A stretch of DNA of 64,000 bases, taken from the NCBI GenBank assembly GCA_963693365.1, contig CAVNZM010000003.1, positions 15,235,143-15,299,142 on the forward strand, in the 5' to 3' direction. This document shows, one piece after another, positions 1-41,230 of the stretch (its first letter is position 1; each line of letters starts with the position of its first letter). Origin of the DNA: Amoebidium appalachense (taxonomy: Eukaryota; Protista; Ichthyosporea). Position numbers and translations under genes: made by a program. The notes beneath the pieces were generated by a model. That model did no database searches and was not told the origin of the DNA. It was given only the letters and a program-made list of their open reading frames with translations.

Positions 1-13214
<13,214 letters not shown>

Positions 13215-13259
13215 AGGGGAGGGGGGGGATAGGTTTAGAACTTTCTTTTTTTGGCCGGT

Positions 13260-13290
<31 letters not shown>

Positions 13291-13733
13291 GGTCAGAGGA
13301 GGGGGGATGGGGTTTTTTCCTTCTTTTTTTTGTTGGTGGTGGTGGGGGGGGGGGGGGGGGGGGGAGGTCGAATGAATGCATACATCCCACAGGTATACAA
13401 ATGATTTCTATTCCATATCTAATGTCGATGTTTATGTTACGAATCTAGCCGCCGTAAAAATGAGTCATCGTAAGAGGTTGCGCCTTGTAAGGCGTTATTC
13501 CATGCGCACTTTCATCCATAGAGTTCTAAATACCCAGCTCTTGATTTTGTGACACACCTATGAATAAAGAAGGACTCGTTCGTTGAAGGCTTCTGAGTAA
13601 GAGTTTTATAGTGCTTTGTTTGGGCTGCGGTGGTGAAAGTTGTCTTGATTGGGTGGGTGCTTTGCATGTGTGCATGTGTGTATGTGTGTGCGCGGGTAGA
13701 AGTCTGTGTGTTATTTGTGAAACTGTACCCCCT

Positions 13734-13770
<37 letters not shown>

Positions 13771-14770
13771 GTTGCCGACATATGTACATGTGCACATGCA
13801 TAAGTACACAATTTTTCTATCAGATATCATTCTTACCATAAGCACATCGCTCATCAACATCACGAGCACACGGTCATGAATATTCGACAGTCCATGATTT
13901 TGATCATGCTACTACGTTCATAATGACATATTGGTGCATATATATATCCACCTGTTTGAAGTATTTGTGCTAGCCAATGCAGATAAATGTCATGCTAGCG
14001 CTAGCGCTGTCAGCAAGATGACTTCAAGGTTGTGTCCGGCCCCCGGGGCAATCGCAAGTTCTGTGTTCCATTTTTTGTTTCCACGTGTTGTTTTCCGAGT
14101 TCAGTCCTAATCAGAGTGTCTTTACCGGGAACGAGGGGAGTGGATGGCAAAATGAAGGGGAAATGTGTGGCTATATAACGAGGCCAATTGGCCAATAAAC
14201 AGCAAGCCCTTTCAGCAACTCATCGGGACGGGCGACCGGCTACCTTTCGATGCTGCTCCTCGATGACTGTGCGGGGTTTAACAGCAAAATGTTGCAGTTA
14301 AGTGGTCGCCGCCGAAACAATATATTGCCGTGGTTGTTCAGCAAAGGAGATCAGCTTCTCCTGTGTGATTGTGGTTCCGTCAGGGTACTAGATGGAATTT
14401 GTTTTTTTGATACTGTGAAAATGTGCACAGGGTGTACCGTAAGCATGTGTATACAGGTTTACTACAAAAGCAAATTGCCAAGGCTTCATGATTGTAACTA
14501 ATGATAAAACTTCCTCCCTACCCGGTCCCAAAGAAAGTACGAGAGAGAGAAAGAGAGAAAAGAGAGGGAGAGGGGGGGGGGGGGGGGGGGGGGAGGGGAA
14601 GGGGAGAAAAAGAGAGAAAGAGGGAGGGAGGGGAAGAGAGGAAGGGGGAGGGGGGGGGGGGGGGGGGGGGGGGAGAATAACAAGGTGCAGGAAAACGAGA
14701 AGAAGTGCAGAAAGGAATCCTGGGGAAAAACTCTAGAAGTACATCCCCCCCCCCCCCCCCCTCCCCCCTC

Positions 14771-14808
<38 letters not shown>

Positions 14809-14906
14809 AGTCCTATCCCCAAATTCAGAACCGCCTGGTACACAACACACCTCTCCAGAGGCTGAGGCTGAGCATGATTCCTGGGGGGGGGGGGGGGGGG
14901 GGGGGG

Positions 14907-14943
<37 letters not shown>

Positions 14944-15930
14944 AAGCCTTACGGTACCGATATCATAATTGAGTGTGGGGCAGTGTCGTGACGCTGGGCC
15001 TGCCCCAGGCCTGCGGTGCAGATACATAAGCACTTGTCTAGAGGGAAACGTACTCTACTTTAAGCAGGCCAATACGACCCATTAGTTTTGTATCGAATGT
15101 CATTCACATCTTTCCTGCTTGGTTGCTACAAATATATCATCGTAGCGCCTGAAATTTAACCTTGTTGGCAACGCCCAAAACAGTGTTTTTCAGTACTGTA
15201 ACAAGACCGAGCCCCAAAATATAAATGCAAAGAATGCAAACAATACATGTGTTCCAATCTTACTGTGCATGCACCTTGATATGAATGGGGATTATAGAGG
15301 CATATAGCTATAGCATGTGGTCATCTCGGTGTTTTGGGCTAATTGCAAGCTTGGAAGTACGAATCATACGGGGCGACGTGATAGGTGCCAACCAGCTACC
15401 CCAATGACTCCGAGAACCTGATGGGTGCCCCTCACTTAGTCTCCAAGGCTAAGTACCCACTGGCTTACGTAAGTGGCCGGGCACCGTAGTACTACGCCGC
15501 GCCTGCGGCAAATGTTTTTTTTTTTTTAATCAGTAAAGGGGAAGGCAGAAGGTTGTCCTGAAATGCCAGCTTTTCACCAGCAGACACGGTTTAGGGGTCG
15601 CCCGACGAGGTACAGGTGATACTCTTGAGGCTATAATAACGAAGTTTAGTGTCTGATATCGATTGTGGGTCCCTGAAGGCCAAACTTTCTGACGTCACGG
15701 TTTGTGTACGTTTGGTTCACACTTTAGTTGGGTCAGCCTCGTGGACACTTCTACGTGACACGAGATGTTACCCTTATAATAATAATGAGCAACATATGCA
15801 TGGTGGAGTATTTGGAGAGAAAGAGGGCGGTGTGGGTGCCATTGGGTTAGGGGGGAGAAGGGGGGAAGGGGGAAAGGGGGGTGGGGGGGGACAACGGTTT
15901 TCCCCCCTTTTTTTTTCTTTCTTTCTTTTT

Positions 15931-15980
<50 letters not shown>

Positions 15981-16463
15981 TGGGACCCTGCCGGGAGGCG
16001 CGCGAGAACTCAATGATATATACTGCTGCAGTGGTGTAGATATAATATATAGATAAGGGTAAACGGTTTTCAAAGTTTTAATATCAGGATATTTACACAA
16101 TCGGTGACACTGCCCACTCTTTGCATGAAATGGTTTCGTAATTTTTTTTTTAATTTTTAAACCTTCAAGTTTTAGTGTGTAAGCTATGGTGGTGGTGTTG
16201 GTGAGGAAGGGTGGGCCCGGGAATGGGTGTGTGTGTTTGTGCGTGTGTGGGAAAGGAAGGGAAAGGGAGAGCGGAGGGCTGTGTGTGTGTGTGTGGGTGG
16301 GGGGGGGGGGGGGGGGGGGGGGGGAGGGGATAAGGTTGGGGGGGGGGGGGGGGGGGAGGGGTGTGTGTACATGTGTGGGGGGGGGGGGGGGGCGGGGGGA
16401 GGGTTTGCTTGTGAGAGGGTCAAATGGCTGGGGGGGACGGAGGGGATAAGGATGGGGGGGAGG

Positions 16464-16509
<46 letters not shown>

Positions 16510-18115
16510 AGAGGAGGGTTTGCTTGTGAGAGGGTCAAATGACTGTCACATTGTGGGCGACCTCACAGTAACAGCTCGAGATTCAAGCCAATAGAGTAAC
16601 TGTTTGATCGGCTGCTCCTCAGCGGCAAAAAGCAGTGTGGGTGGTCGCCCACAAGAGAAGAGGTGACACCAGATAGGTCCAAACATGGGTGCTATGCTGA
16701 AATCATATTGATTGTGGGTGCGAGCCTAGGTGGAGGCCAAAAGAGCCAAGCAAAATTCAATCGGATGTTTGGTTATCTACATGTGATATGACACGTGACA
16801 CCTGTGGGCAATAGAACGGCAGGTGGTGGTGGGATGTAATGCTGGTAAAAGGGGGGAAGGGGGGGGGGGGGGGGGGGGGGGAGGGAGGCGGGGGGGGGGG
16901 GGGGGGAGGGGGGGGGGGGGGTGAAACGTAGCTCAGGATATACTTGTCGGTCGGTTTTCAAAGGGGGCCAATTGACAATTTACTCTCAGCCGATGACTCC
17001 ATAGGTTATGATGGTCCTGGTCCGTACGTTATTTGTACTGATTACGTTGATGATAGATGCAGGGTAGCACAGCTGAACATTGCAGTAGGTGCCTGTCGCA
17101 GGGATCCACGCCCAGAATAGTGAAAGGGGAGGAGGGGGAGGCCGGGGAAAGGGAGATCGATCATAGTGGCACTACGGAGGAAAGAAAGACCATGTATGCA
17201 CCTGTTACTGGATAACTCGTGAAGTATGCCTCCTAAGTATGCCGTGCATGCTTATATCTTTCCGTTGAATAAATCCAGTCAAAAGAAGAAAGATGGGGAA
17301 TTTCGAAGAGGAGCAAAGGAGATATTTTTTGTCTACCTACGAGGGGGGGGGGGGGGGGGGGGGGGGGGGGAGATGAGACGTGCAAGCGGCAGCCTTCAAT
17401 CACCTGGGGGAAGCGGAGGAAGGGGGGATGACTCCGGAGGGGGGGGGGGGGGGGGGGGAGGGGAGGGGGAGGGAATCGAATGAGAACCTGGGATAGATGG
17501 GCGAAGAGAGGGGAGAAAAGGATCGACATTCTAAGGGGGGGGGGGGGGGGGGATTAGGGGATTTTTTTTCTTAGTTTTCTTTTCTTTTCTTTTTTGGTTG
17601 GGTGTGTGTAAGGGGGGGGGGGGGGGGGGGGGGGGGAGGATGAGACGTGCAAGGGGCAATCTTTTTTCTAACCACATTCCTGTGTTTGTGTCTTTGTAGC
17701 CTAGTTGTGGTTGGGTTTTTGGTATAGGAAGCTTAAGGGGAAAGGGAGTGAAGGGTGGCCCGAGGGTAGGACGGGGGAAGGGATCCGGAGGGGAGAGGGA
17801 GAGGGTTGGGAGGGTGACAACCAACAATATTCATGGGGAATTTTGGCAACTTGAAGTGTTGGTGGGCGACCTCACAGTAGCAGTCTGAGACAACGCCATC
17901 AACGTTATTGCTAGTCTCAAGCAGATAAAAGCAGCTTGGGTGGTCGCCCAAATGGCATAAAGGGGGCCCCAGACTAGGCACATACACAGATATTCGGTGA
18001 TTGATTGTGGGTATGAGGCTGAGTGGGGAAAAAAAAAAACCCCCATCAACATTCGTGCGCAGGCTACCAACACAGTGAAAGCCAAAATATGGATGACATA
18101 GTGCATGCGCATGGG

Positions 18116-18170
<55 letters not shown>

Positions 18171-18802
18171 GGGGTTACTATCTTCACATGCGCATGCATG
18201 GAGGAGCTCGGACGTGGGATAAAAGGGATTTTTCCCCTTTATTTCTTTTTTTTTCCTTCATTTATTTCAATTTTTTTGGGGGCGAGGAGATGGGGGGGGG
18301 GGAAGGGGGGGAATGGGGGGAAGAACAGATCGAAGCCCTGCCAGTGTGACACAGTTTAAGTCAAAAGAAAAGAAAAGAAAAAGTTACTGGTGGTTTGCAA
18401 CTTTATTTGTAATTGTAATAGCCTAGTATTGTACAATCGAACCTGCCTGTATAGTCACCATATTCAACGATTACCGTAGGGGTTTTGTATCGCTATTTTA
18501 AACCTGGTTTTTGACTAGTATTTATGATGAAAAGGTGCGGCGACCATAGTAGCAAACCTATAGATTCTTGGTTGCCTATCTGTAAGCTTTCATGTCCTAA
18601 TATCCTACCGTTTTCTACGTATCAGCAACCTGTATGTATCCGATTGTAAATCTACCGCTAGTTGATTATTGACCTATCACTGGGCCATAGAAGTAGTTTA
18701 ACCGATCATGAATAGTATATGATGGACCCCATGCATATGACTGCTGCAAAATTTGAGGTATGAAGATCAGTATGGCTGCACACACACACAAATGCCATCG
18801 TG

Positions 18803-18902
<100 letters not shown>

Positions 18903-18914
18903 CAAACACACACA

Positions 18915-19030
<116 letters not shown>

Positions 19031-19775
19031 TACTTTGTAGGTGACTTGCTCCATTGGGCGTGACTGCCATACGTGCCCAATATAGACCTCATAAACGCAT
19101 GCACACACAAGCTGTGCGTGCAAACTCATAAGCAACAACGTTAACTACAGATTCCGTGGAAGTTTTTGGCATGCATGCTGCTACGACAGTGCACGCATGT
19201 GCTCACACAGACGAATCGACAGATACCCTGTCACGTGCACGTGGCACATGCAAAACTCATGTAGTTGCACGTGCAGGCGAATGTGCTCACACACGCACAT
19301 TGCAATCGCCACTCACACGTGTGCAGAAGTCGATGTAACCGGAAGAATAACATTAAAATTAGTATGTAGTTCTGATCTGAGAACATGTACAACGTGAGAC
19401 TCAGTGTAGTCACGCTGTCGGACTTGGGGACAATATATGTTGGTATGCGATGATTTACAAAGAAGCCTTGTAACAGTCTGCACGCTATGATAACAGCCAC
19501 CTGTGGGGTGGATGGGGTTTTGGCTTGTTTGCATTCTCTGTGCGGTAGAAATGTGCAGGTGTACAAGCCTTGCACCGGAATTACAAGTCACGATACAGTG
19601 CCACTACACAAGCCACTTGCAAGAGTCAGGGACCCGTGATATATCAGTGATATTTGTAAACACGCATCCCCTCCCCCCTCCCCTCCCCCCCCTCCACTAC
19701 CATAAAAAAAAAAGAAGAACAGGAATAGAGGCGGGGCGCGAAAATCCGAGCGAGCCGGGAGAGAACGCTGCTGAG

Positions 19776-19808
<33 letters not shown>

Positions 19809-20584
19809 GTGTGTTATTTTGTGTGGGTAAACGGAGAAGCAGAGAGCACAGATGGGTGTTATGATATACACAACACAGAGACACACGGGAAAAACACAAC
19901 CGGAGAGGTGGAACGATTTCTGGAACCATAGGAAATGAATACGACTGCTTGAGATTTATTCCAAGATGAAGTCCCTTTTATACTTGGGAATGTGGAAACG
20001 ATAAACCAATCAAAAGAACGAAAACTCTATTTTCCAATCAGAAAGACGAAAACTATGAGTGTAAAATATATTGATTAAAATGTCTGTCGACACATAGAAT
20101 ATAAAACTCAATCCTCTAATGAAAGAAACTTCTAATAAAAGCACGGAAACATTTAACAAAATGAAACCACTTATGTAACTATTAATTCATAACATACATT
20201 TATACATGTTCTTATCATAACACGTCTAAATATAATTATTCCTAATAGTTTGGAGAACATAGCACAATGCTACGTCGTGGGAAAGGAATGAGAAAGGAAT
20301 GTAAGTTACTATATTTGGGAAATTACAAACGAGATATGATTGGATGACATATATAGATTTTGACACAAACGACAATACGTGTGCGCGAGCTAACTATGTC
20401 GATACGTACACAGATCTAAGATGTCGTGTACACCGAAACAGAAAAGAAAGAAAGAAAGAAATGAAGAAAGGAAAAGGAAACAAACTACAACAACTAATAA
20501 ATAAATGCAAAACTCAACTTCTAAGTCTTGCTGAGAATCAAGTGAAGATGACAGGGGGGGGGGGGGGGGGGGGGGGGGCTGGCC

Positions 20585-21320
<736 letters not shown>

Positions 21321-22759
21321 ACAGACTGCAGGCTCAGCTGAATGAGGAGCAAGGGAGAGAAATTTGTGTCAAGGGGCTCTGGGGATCAACGTACGGACCT
21401 CTAGATCTGCCGCGCGACCACGACCACGCCGGTACCGTCACCAGTGCACTCACCAGTCACCACACGTTGCCGCAGTGACGCCAAAGCTAATGAGCTGCTA
21501 ATCAACCATTTGGCCAATCGATTTCTCAGCTCGCACTTTCATTTCTGAGCCAATCACACACTTCCCTCGCTCGCACATGGTTGTTCATAATGGCTTTCGA
21601 AAATCCGAAAGCACGTTTCCGGAACTCAGTTATATAGAAAATATAAAAAGAGGCGTATAAACATGGCTAAAGCTGTTAGAAAACGTTTTTATGTCATCAC
21701 ATAATACCTGGACACAGCTTTTTACATACTTTTGAGCCTTTTCCGCCCAACCAGCACCTCTCGAAAACATATATATGGCCCACTCGGGCAAGTGGGGTTA
21801 AGAATAGTAGCAGTAAAGTAGGGGTTTACACACTTTTTATTGCGTGGCCACGTCTGTTTGAACCGTTTTCACTACAAAAATGGCGCCGAATCCGGGCATT
21901 ATGATATGGGCCACCAATCGACTCCGCTTTAATTGTTATATATCACACCTGGCTCTATTTTCTTAAAGTTAGGTATGCCGCATATACGCAGCTCTGTGTA
22001 CGCCCTCGTCGTATATAAATATTGTAGTACATATATCATAGTGCTTGCACACGTGTAACATATATAAATATGACATGTACACATATATATACATTTAAAC
22101 GACACGTACACTCCACTCAGGCTGGCACACATGCGATTTTGTGCACAGTTGTTTTCTGATTGGCTTGACGGATTCACTAGTACTGCTCAGCTTGATAAAT
22201 TGCTACACCATTTTTTTGATTCTGATATATTCCACTGTCACCTAAATTTCAAATCAGTTTCAAAAATATATGCTGTATACTATTTTTTTGGATTGTTTAG
22301 TATATGTATGTTTCAGTAAGGTCTTTTCCTCCACACCGAAAATACAGCGGCTCATTGCCCACCTCTGTCGGAATGAATTGACACTGATCGCCGGATTGGT
22401 CAGATGTCAGGATAATCTATGTGCGGAATTCCCTAACAAATCCGGCATGTCGCAAGCCTACAAGTCCTTTCTAAAAATCGAGCATGTGGAAGGGACTCAA
22501 CACGTAGAGTAAAAATGGGGAAAAAATATAAAGCCTTACTTTGTCATTCAGGGCTTGTTATGAATAACGGAATGTAAGATTTAATTTGTTATATGCGGGG
22601 TCTAATTTGATATCTTTCGAAACAAATCCCACCAAAGCAATTTCCAAAATTGCGATATTACAATTTTGTTTCGGGTAACACATGTGGTTTGACAAATTCT
22701 GCAAAAGGCACGCGCGTGCGGCAGAAGTTCGTTGTGTTGAACTATGTACATTTTTTGTA

Positions 22760-23348
22760 GTGGGCGGCTATGCCGTACCCAAATACCCAAACCCAAACCT
22801 AGATTTTAAACCCAGATGTCACGCATGCGGCATGACCGCCGCTTGGTATTTCGCCTTTATTAAATAGTGAAACAAAATGTGATAATAAAGCATCATAAAG
22901 CGTACAAATATTAAAATTTGCGTGATAAGATATTTTTTAGCCGAAAATGTAACATAAATATACTCAAAATCTTAGTTATAGGCGTTTCTTACTTCTTCTT
23001 GTTGTCACTGAAGATTTGGGTTTGGGTTTAGGAATCTGGAAGACATCCCCCCCCCCCTCCCCCCCCCCCCCCCCCCCCCTTTCTATTGTAGATTCCTATC
23101 CTAAACCCAGATTTTGAACCGTGAAACCCAAATTACCTGCCTTAGTTGGAAAAGATTTGCTATCAAATAGGCGATTTTCTTATAAGATTCAGGTGCTCGA
23201 TGGTGATGTATGGCATATCCGACCACGCGATGATTGGTAGCAGATTGAAACGCAATATTTCGCTATCCAATCGAACGTCAATACTAATATTCTAAATCTA
23301 GGAATCTGGGTTTGGGTTTGGGTATCTGGGTGAGGTATAGTCGCCCAG
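22760..23348. mobile_element. MITE-like non-autonomous DNA transposon with ~44-bp imperfect terminal inverted repeats and TA flanks
   Basis: The left end is GTGGGCGGCTATGCCGTACCCAAATACCCAAACCCAAACCTAGA. The reverse complement of the right end is CTGGGCGACTATACCTCACCCAGATACCCAAACCCAAACCCAGA. TA lies at 22758-59 and 23349-50. Further internal inverted copies are at ~23013-23040 and ~23089-23120. There is no coding capacity. Confidence 0.7.
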
Positions 23349-23498
23349 TACTTTGTGTTCATTCCCAGAGTCTACAAAAAAAAAAAAAATAGACGGTGAG
23401 CGATTCACACGTGACTTTCAGTGCATACTCATTATTTCTGGTCACCGAGTGTAGTTTCTTACATATTCTCTTGGTTTTTTCTTGCATGCGAAAGGGAA

Positions 23499-25870
23499 AT
23501 GTCGCAACTCGGGTTGCCTAGGCTTGGAAAGCTTGGTGTGCTTGACCATGAAGCCACGATGCAGGTAAACACAAACGTGCATCCTGCGAACACGTGCAGT
23601 GATACTTGCACACGTTCGCCAGCCTCACCCACAGATGCAAAGAGAAGCACTATGCAGATTGTGATGACGTCGGAAGTGAATGCAGAAGCAACCCCTGATA
23701 ACGGCCCTGCGCTTGCAAGGGTATCTCGATCATCTTGTGCTAGCGATTCTAGTTCGAGCATACATGCTGTGTACGTGGACATCGTCTCCTTGCAAAACCC
23801 GCAACAATCAGGCATCAAAACAAGGGCAAAGAAAGTGGGAGGCGGGCATTCAGAAACGCAATCTATCAGCGCGCAGGAAGGTATAATCGACTTTAACGAT
23901 GGTGGAGTCACATCTAAAGCGAGTACGTCCAAGCGAGAAAACGGAGGCCAACCCATCAAACATGGGTCCGAGAACCCGAGTTTCCCTCAAGGGGAAGTGG
24001 ACACAGATCGACAAAAAGTGCTCGACCAGTACAAACAACGGCGACTAAAGAATGCACGCGAATATATCAAACAGAGCACATTGGCACATCTGTTTATTCT
24101 CGTGACTGCCCTAGGTTTCGAGGCCTTCTTTCTAGTTCTATGCGTGAGGATTACGCCGTCATCACCACATGGACGTGTGCGGTTTCAGGCGGATTATGTG
24201 CAGGCGGCACAACGGCACCTGCAGGAGGTACTTGCGCAAGTGCCACGCAACGACACGGCCATTGCGAGTGCAAACAGTGAGTTGGGCGCGCAGGTGGAGG
24301 CGTTTCGGGCGGTGCTGGAGAGGGCCATTGACGATGGGAGCAAAATATTCTCCTACGAGGTAATGTGTGTATCATTTTGCGCCCATAAATTCGGGTAGAA
24401 ATGAATATGAGTTTCGGTTGTTTTGGACTGTATGCACGATGGTCCACCCTTGACATGACATTAGTGCATGGTGCATCTTGCATATGTATGTGCATCGCCT
24501 GCCAATCCCACTCACTACTGTCCTAAGTCTGTTATCGTGTATGTTACTTACGGTGTTTGTTGGCGATCTGTGTGTGTGTGTGCGTTTTGGGCCGGGAGGA
24601 AGAGGGAAGGACGTGAGCATACACTGATAATGTATTAGTGTATTACAGTGTATGTAGTTATGTGTGCATGATTGTACATGAGGCACACACACGCACCCCA
24701 CACGTACACGTTGTCCAGCGTGCGCACACACTTCAATCACGCACACTACACAGGGAGCGCGCACACACACTTACACACATATCCTCATACACACACACAT
24801 ACACGCAGGAGCGCGCGCACACACACACACTCACTCACACACGACAAGTACACCACCTTGTCAAAATCACACAAACCATGTACACTCCAACACTAATATT
24901 GACAAGACTTGTCTCTCGTGAGCTTAAGTACTCAAAGTTTATTCACTACAACACATTCTAACCCCGCCCCCCCCCCACCCCCCCCCACCCCTCTCCCCCC
25001 TACCAGCTCGCATTTTCAGCAGTGTCTTTTGTCTGCATTTTTCTTCTGGCCGGGGCAGTCTATTGCCATCGCCAACACCCGGTGGTCAAATCACGCGGTC
25101 ACCTCTACCTCGTTCTAAACTTCATCCTATCCTTGTGTGTGATTGGGAATTCCCTGTTCATGGCGGCATCGGCGCTATGGAAATTTCACCAGCTTCCCCT
25201 TGACCTCGATTTTGGAAATGCGGATGTGCTAGATCGCCGGATCTTGATAAGCGGGACCCTAATCTTCGTTTCGACTTTGGTAAACATTCTCCTCATATCG
25301 ATGTATTTCGCGACGATCGCTATGCGTCAACGTATGATCGCACATGTTTACAGCACTACTCTTGCTCCGCTAACCAACATACATCTCTTGAAATGGGTCG
25401 CCGGGTGGGCTCTAGTAGGGTTCATGCTCACCACACCATCGTTTCTGGTGTGGTATATAATCAGCTATTGCCACACAAGAGATGTGCGATTCGGGGTTAG
25501 CGGCCTGTATTGTCTCAGTCTCTTGTATACCCCCCTGATGTTGATCTACGTCTACCGAGCACGGGAGGCCTCGCTCAAGTTCAACGATATGTTTTCAAAC
25601 ATCCGCGTTTTGGTGGTTATTTTCGTGGTGTTCTTCATATGCATGGTCTTCACGCAGTATAACCCCTACCACACGATATCGGCGTCCACGGGGTGGACAT
25701 CAATCACTCGGTTGGTGGTATCAGTACAAGTGTTGGATCAGTTCTCCACGCAACTTTTACAGGCCAGGTGGGAGATACCCTCCCGTCCCGAGGCTCTACA
25801 CGACATCACCACAAATTTAAATCCTGCACATTGGTTTCGGTGGACATCGCACATTGAACCACGTACGTAA
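23499..25870 (+). CDS. Seven-transmembrane receptor-like protein (class C GPCR / 7tm_3-like) with an extra N-terminal TM helix
   Basis: Exon 1 is 23499-24359 (ATG...TACGAG|gtaatg) and exon 2 is 25007-25870 (ccag|CTCGCA, phase 0, TAA). Seven hydrophobic segments follow the junction. Loop 1 HRQHPVVKSR and loop 3 RAREASLKFND resemble the class C R-x-x-P-x-(V/I)-K and F-N-(D/E) loop motifs. A possible donor C|gtacgt at ~25863 means the gene may continue further. Confidence 0.65.
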
Positions 25871-25934
25871 AGTGTTGTCGGACAACGGACAACAACTTAA
25901 TCAGTGGGAGGGAGAGAGAAAGAGGGATTTTTAT

Positions 25935-25976
<42 letters not shown>

Positions 25977-26424
25977 TGGTTCAATGTCGCTAATGGTTTT
26001 ATAATCGTGGACCACACACACGAAGCTTTCGTACACATGGTGAATAGAAGTTTTTTGTTACTGTATGTAAACGCGCGGAGGGGGGGGGGGGGGGGGGGGA
26101 GTTTCAAAGTCACAGACATTTTGTTTCTGTGATGTACGCAAGAAAAATAATAACGTATGCGTAGCTAGTGTTAAAGTATGTAGGCCCTAATTGTATTGGA
26201 TTCACTTGGTTTGTTGGTTTTATGCTTGTGATGTACTGTGCGCAACGTCATCTGCTTGTAGAGTCATAATATTTAAACGGTTACCGTAGTACAAGAACTA
26301 GTACAAGTTATTATAGTACCTTTTGATGAAAGTCTCAGCTATCTATTGTGAACATGGCTACTAGAAGCAGTAACTTCAACTGTGTGCTGACATGTCTAAA
26401 CACCCTACAATATCCGACATAACA

Positions 26425-26462
<38 letters not shown>

Positions 26463-26639
26463 GCTCATGTATGATTGTTGACTTGTCCATACGTTCAGAA
26501 CATCCTTTTAACCGATTTTGAACGATAAAAAATGAACCTGTGCCGTGGCTGCAGATTTTGAGATACTAACTTAAGCAATAAGCAAATCTGCATTTTCACA
26601 CTAGGAATTGATTTTGCTAACTGCAACGGCAAGCCTCCC

Positions 26640-27162
26640 CCCCCGCCTCGCCTGGCCACTCCTGTTTGCAATCAGCGCTGTCTACACACACACACACACA
26701 CACATTATCTCTCTAGATCTCTCTCTCTCCGCTCTCTCTAGATTTCTAGATCTCTAGGTCCCCCCCCCCCCCCCCCTTCCCGCGCCCTCCCTCCCCCTCC
26801 CCCCCCCCCCTCCCTCCCCTTGCCCCCCCCCCCCCCCCCCGCCTCGCCCTGCCCACTCCTTTTGCAATCAGCGCTGTCTAAACACACACACACACACACA
26901 CATTATCTCTCTAGATCTCTAGATCTCCGCTCTCTCTAGATTTCTAGATCTCTAGGTCTCCCCCCCCCCCCCCCCTTCCCCGCGCCCTCCCTCCCCCCTC
27001 CCCCCCCCCCCCCTCCCCCCCCCTCCCCTCCCCCCCCCCCCCCCCCCCCCCCCGCCTCGCCCTGCCCACTCCTTTTGCAATCAGCGCTGTCTAAACACAC
27101 ACACACACACACACATTATCTCTCTAGATCTCTAGATCTCCGCTCTCTCTAGATCTGGTCCC

Positions 27163-27200
<38 letters not shown>
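26640..27200 (+). repeat. Tandem repeat, ~200-bp unit, 3 copies
   Basis: The unit CCGCCTCGCCCTGCCCACTCCTTTTGCAATCAGCGCTGTCTAAAC(AC)nATTATCTCTCTAGATCTCT..poly-C starts at ~26643, ~26839 and ~27052. Confidence 0.88.
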
Positions 27201-27202
<2 letters not shown>

Positions 27203-28254
27203 TTCCCGCGCCCTCCCTCCCTCCCCTCCCCCCTCCCCTCCCTGCCCCCCCCCCCCCTCCGCCCCACCTCTCTTTCTCCCCCTCTTTCTCCCTATTCCCT
27301 CCCCCTCACCCCCCCCCTCCCTCCCTCTGTCCCCGTCTCTCTGTACATGTCTATCGCTTTGTCTCTCCCTCTCTCTCGTCCTCTCTATCTCTCCTCCCCC
27401 CCCCCTCCCCATTCCTCCCTTCCCCCCCCCCCCCCCTATAGCTAGAGGCCTCCCTCCCCCCCCTCTCTGTGATATTTTTGACCCACTGGCTTGTGCGGTT
27501 GGTGTATCATCGGATATGCCGAGACCCGGTCACTGTGTACAAGGGTACTCGGGTGTGTGTATGCGGTGTGACACACACTGTTCATACAGCACTTCTCCGT
27601 CTCCCTCCCCCTACATCTCTCTCTCCGGTGGGGATGGGGAGGTGGGGGTGTTTTTGATTAATAACGCCGGCCATAGCCGGATGGGATCCAGAGTTGGAAA
27701 TTTATCGCACAACATATACTCCATAAAGCACATTGCCCATTAGAATTCCGTTTCTTGGTAATCATACGTTCGATCGGTCCAGGCCCAACATATTTACATA
27801 TCCTGTAGCTATAGAGTCGTTTATCAAGTTAGCCCGGCCGGATGGCATTAGCAGCCCCCCCCCCCCCCCCCCCCCCCCCAGCGGGGAAGCCAAGTAAATG
27901 GCAATTCCTTTCTCGACCGCAATTTGTTTTTAGGGACTCAATATTGATATACAAGCAATACAAGGCTCTATGTTCCTGATATTGTACACTGAGCAGATAA
28001 TTCCGAACAAAAGATGCTAATAATACCACAGGCTGCTCCTTGTTAATGTACTGCGCACCGAGTAAGCTGTGTGCGCCCAAACTGACACACTGCGTGGTGT
28101 AGGTGGTACTGAATTGATAGCGGCTCGGTAACATAAAGAAGGAAAACACATTGAATCCTTTCAGCTAGTTGACTACACCCAAATGTCATCTTTCAGTGAC
28201 CGGAACAACCAACCAATTTAACTGAATACATCATCAACCAATCACAACAAATTG

Positions 28255-41230
<12,976 letters not shown>

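Noticed and set aside
21778-21801. piggyBac-like end (CCCACTCGGGCAAGTGGGGTTAA)
   Set aside because: No matching opposite terminus was found in the window.
22776-23330. Telomere-like (CCCAAA/TTTGGG) repeats
   Set aside because: There are only 2-4 units, arranged as inverted termini of a MITE-like element rather than as a telomeric array.
23459-23959. 166-aa antisense ORF
   Set aside because: It is a shadow of exon 1 of the 7TM gene and has no independent features.
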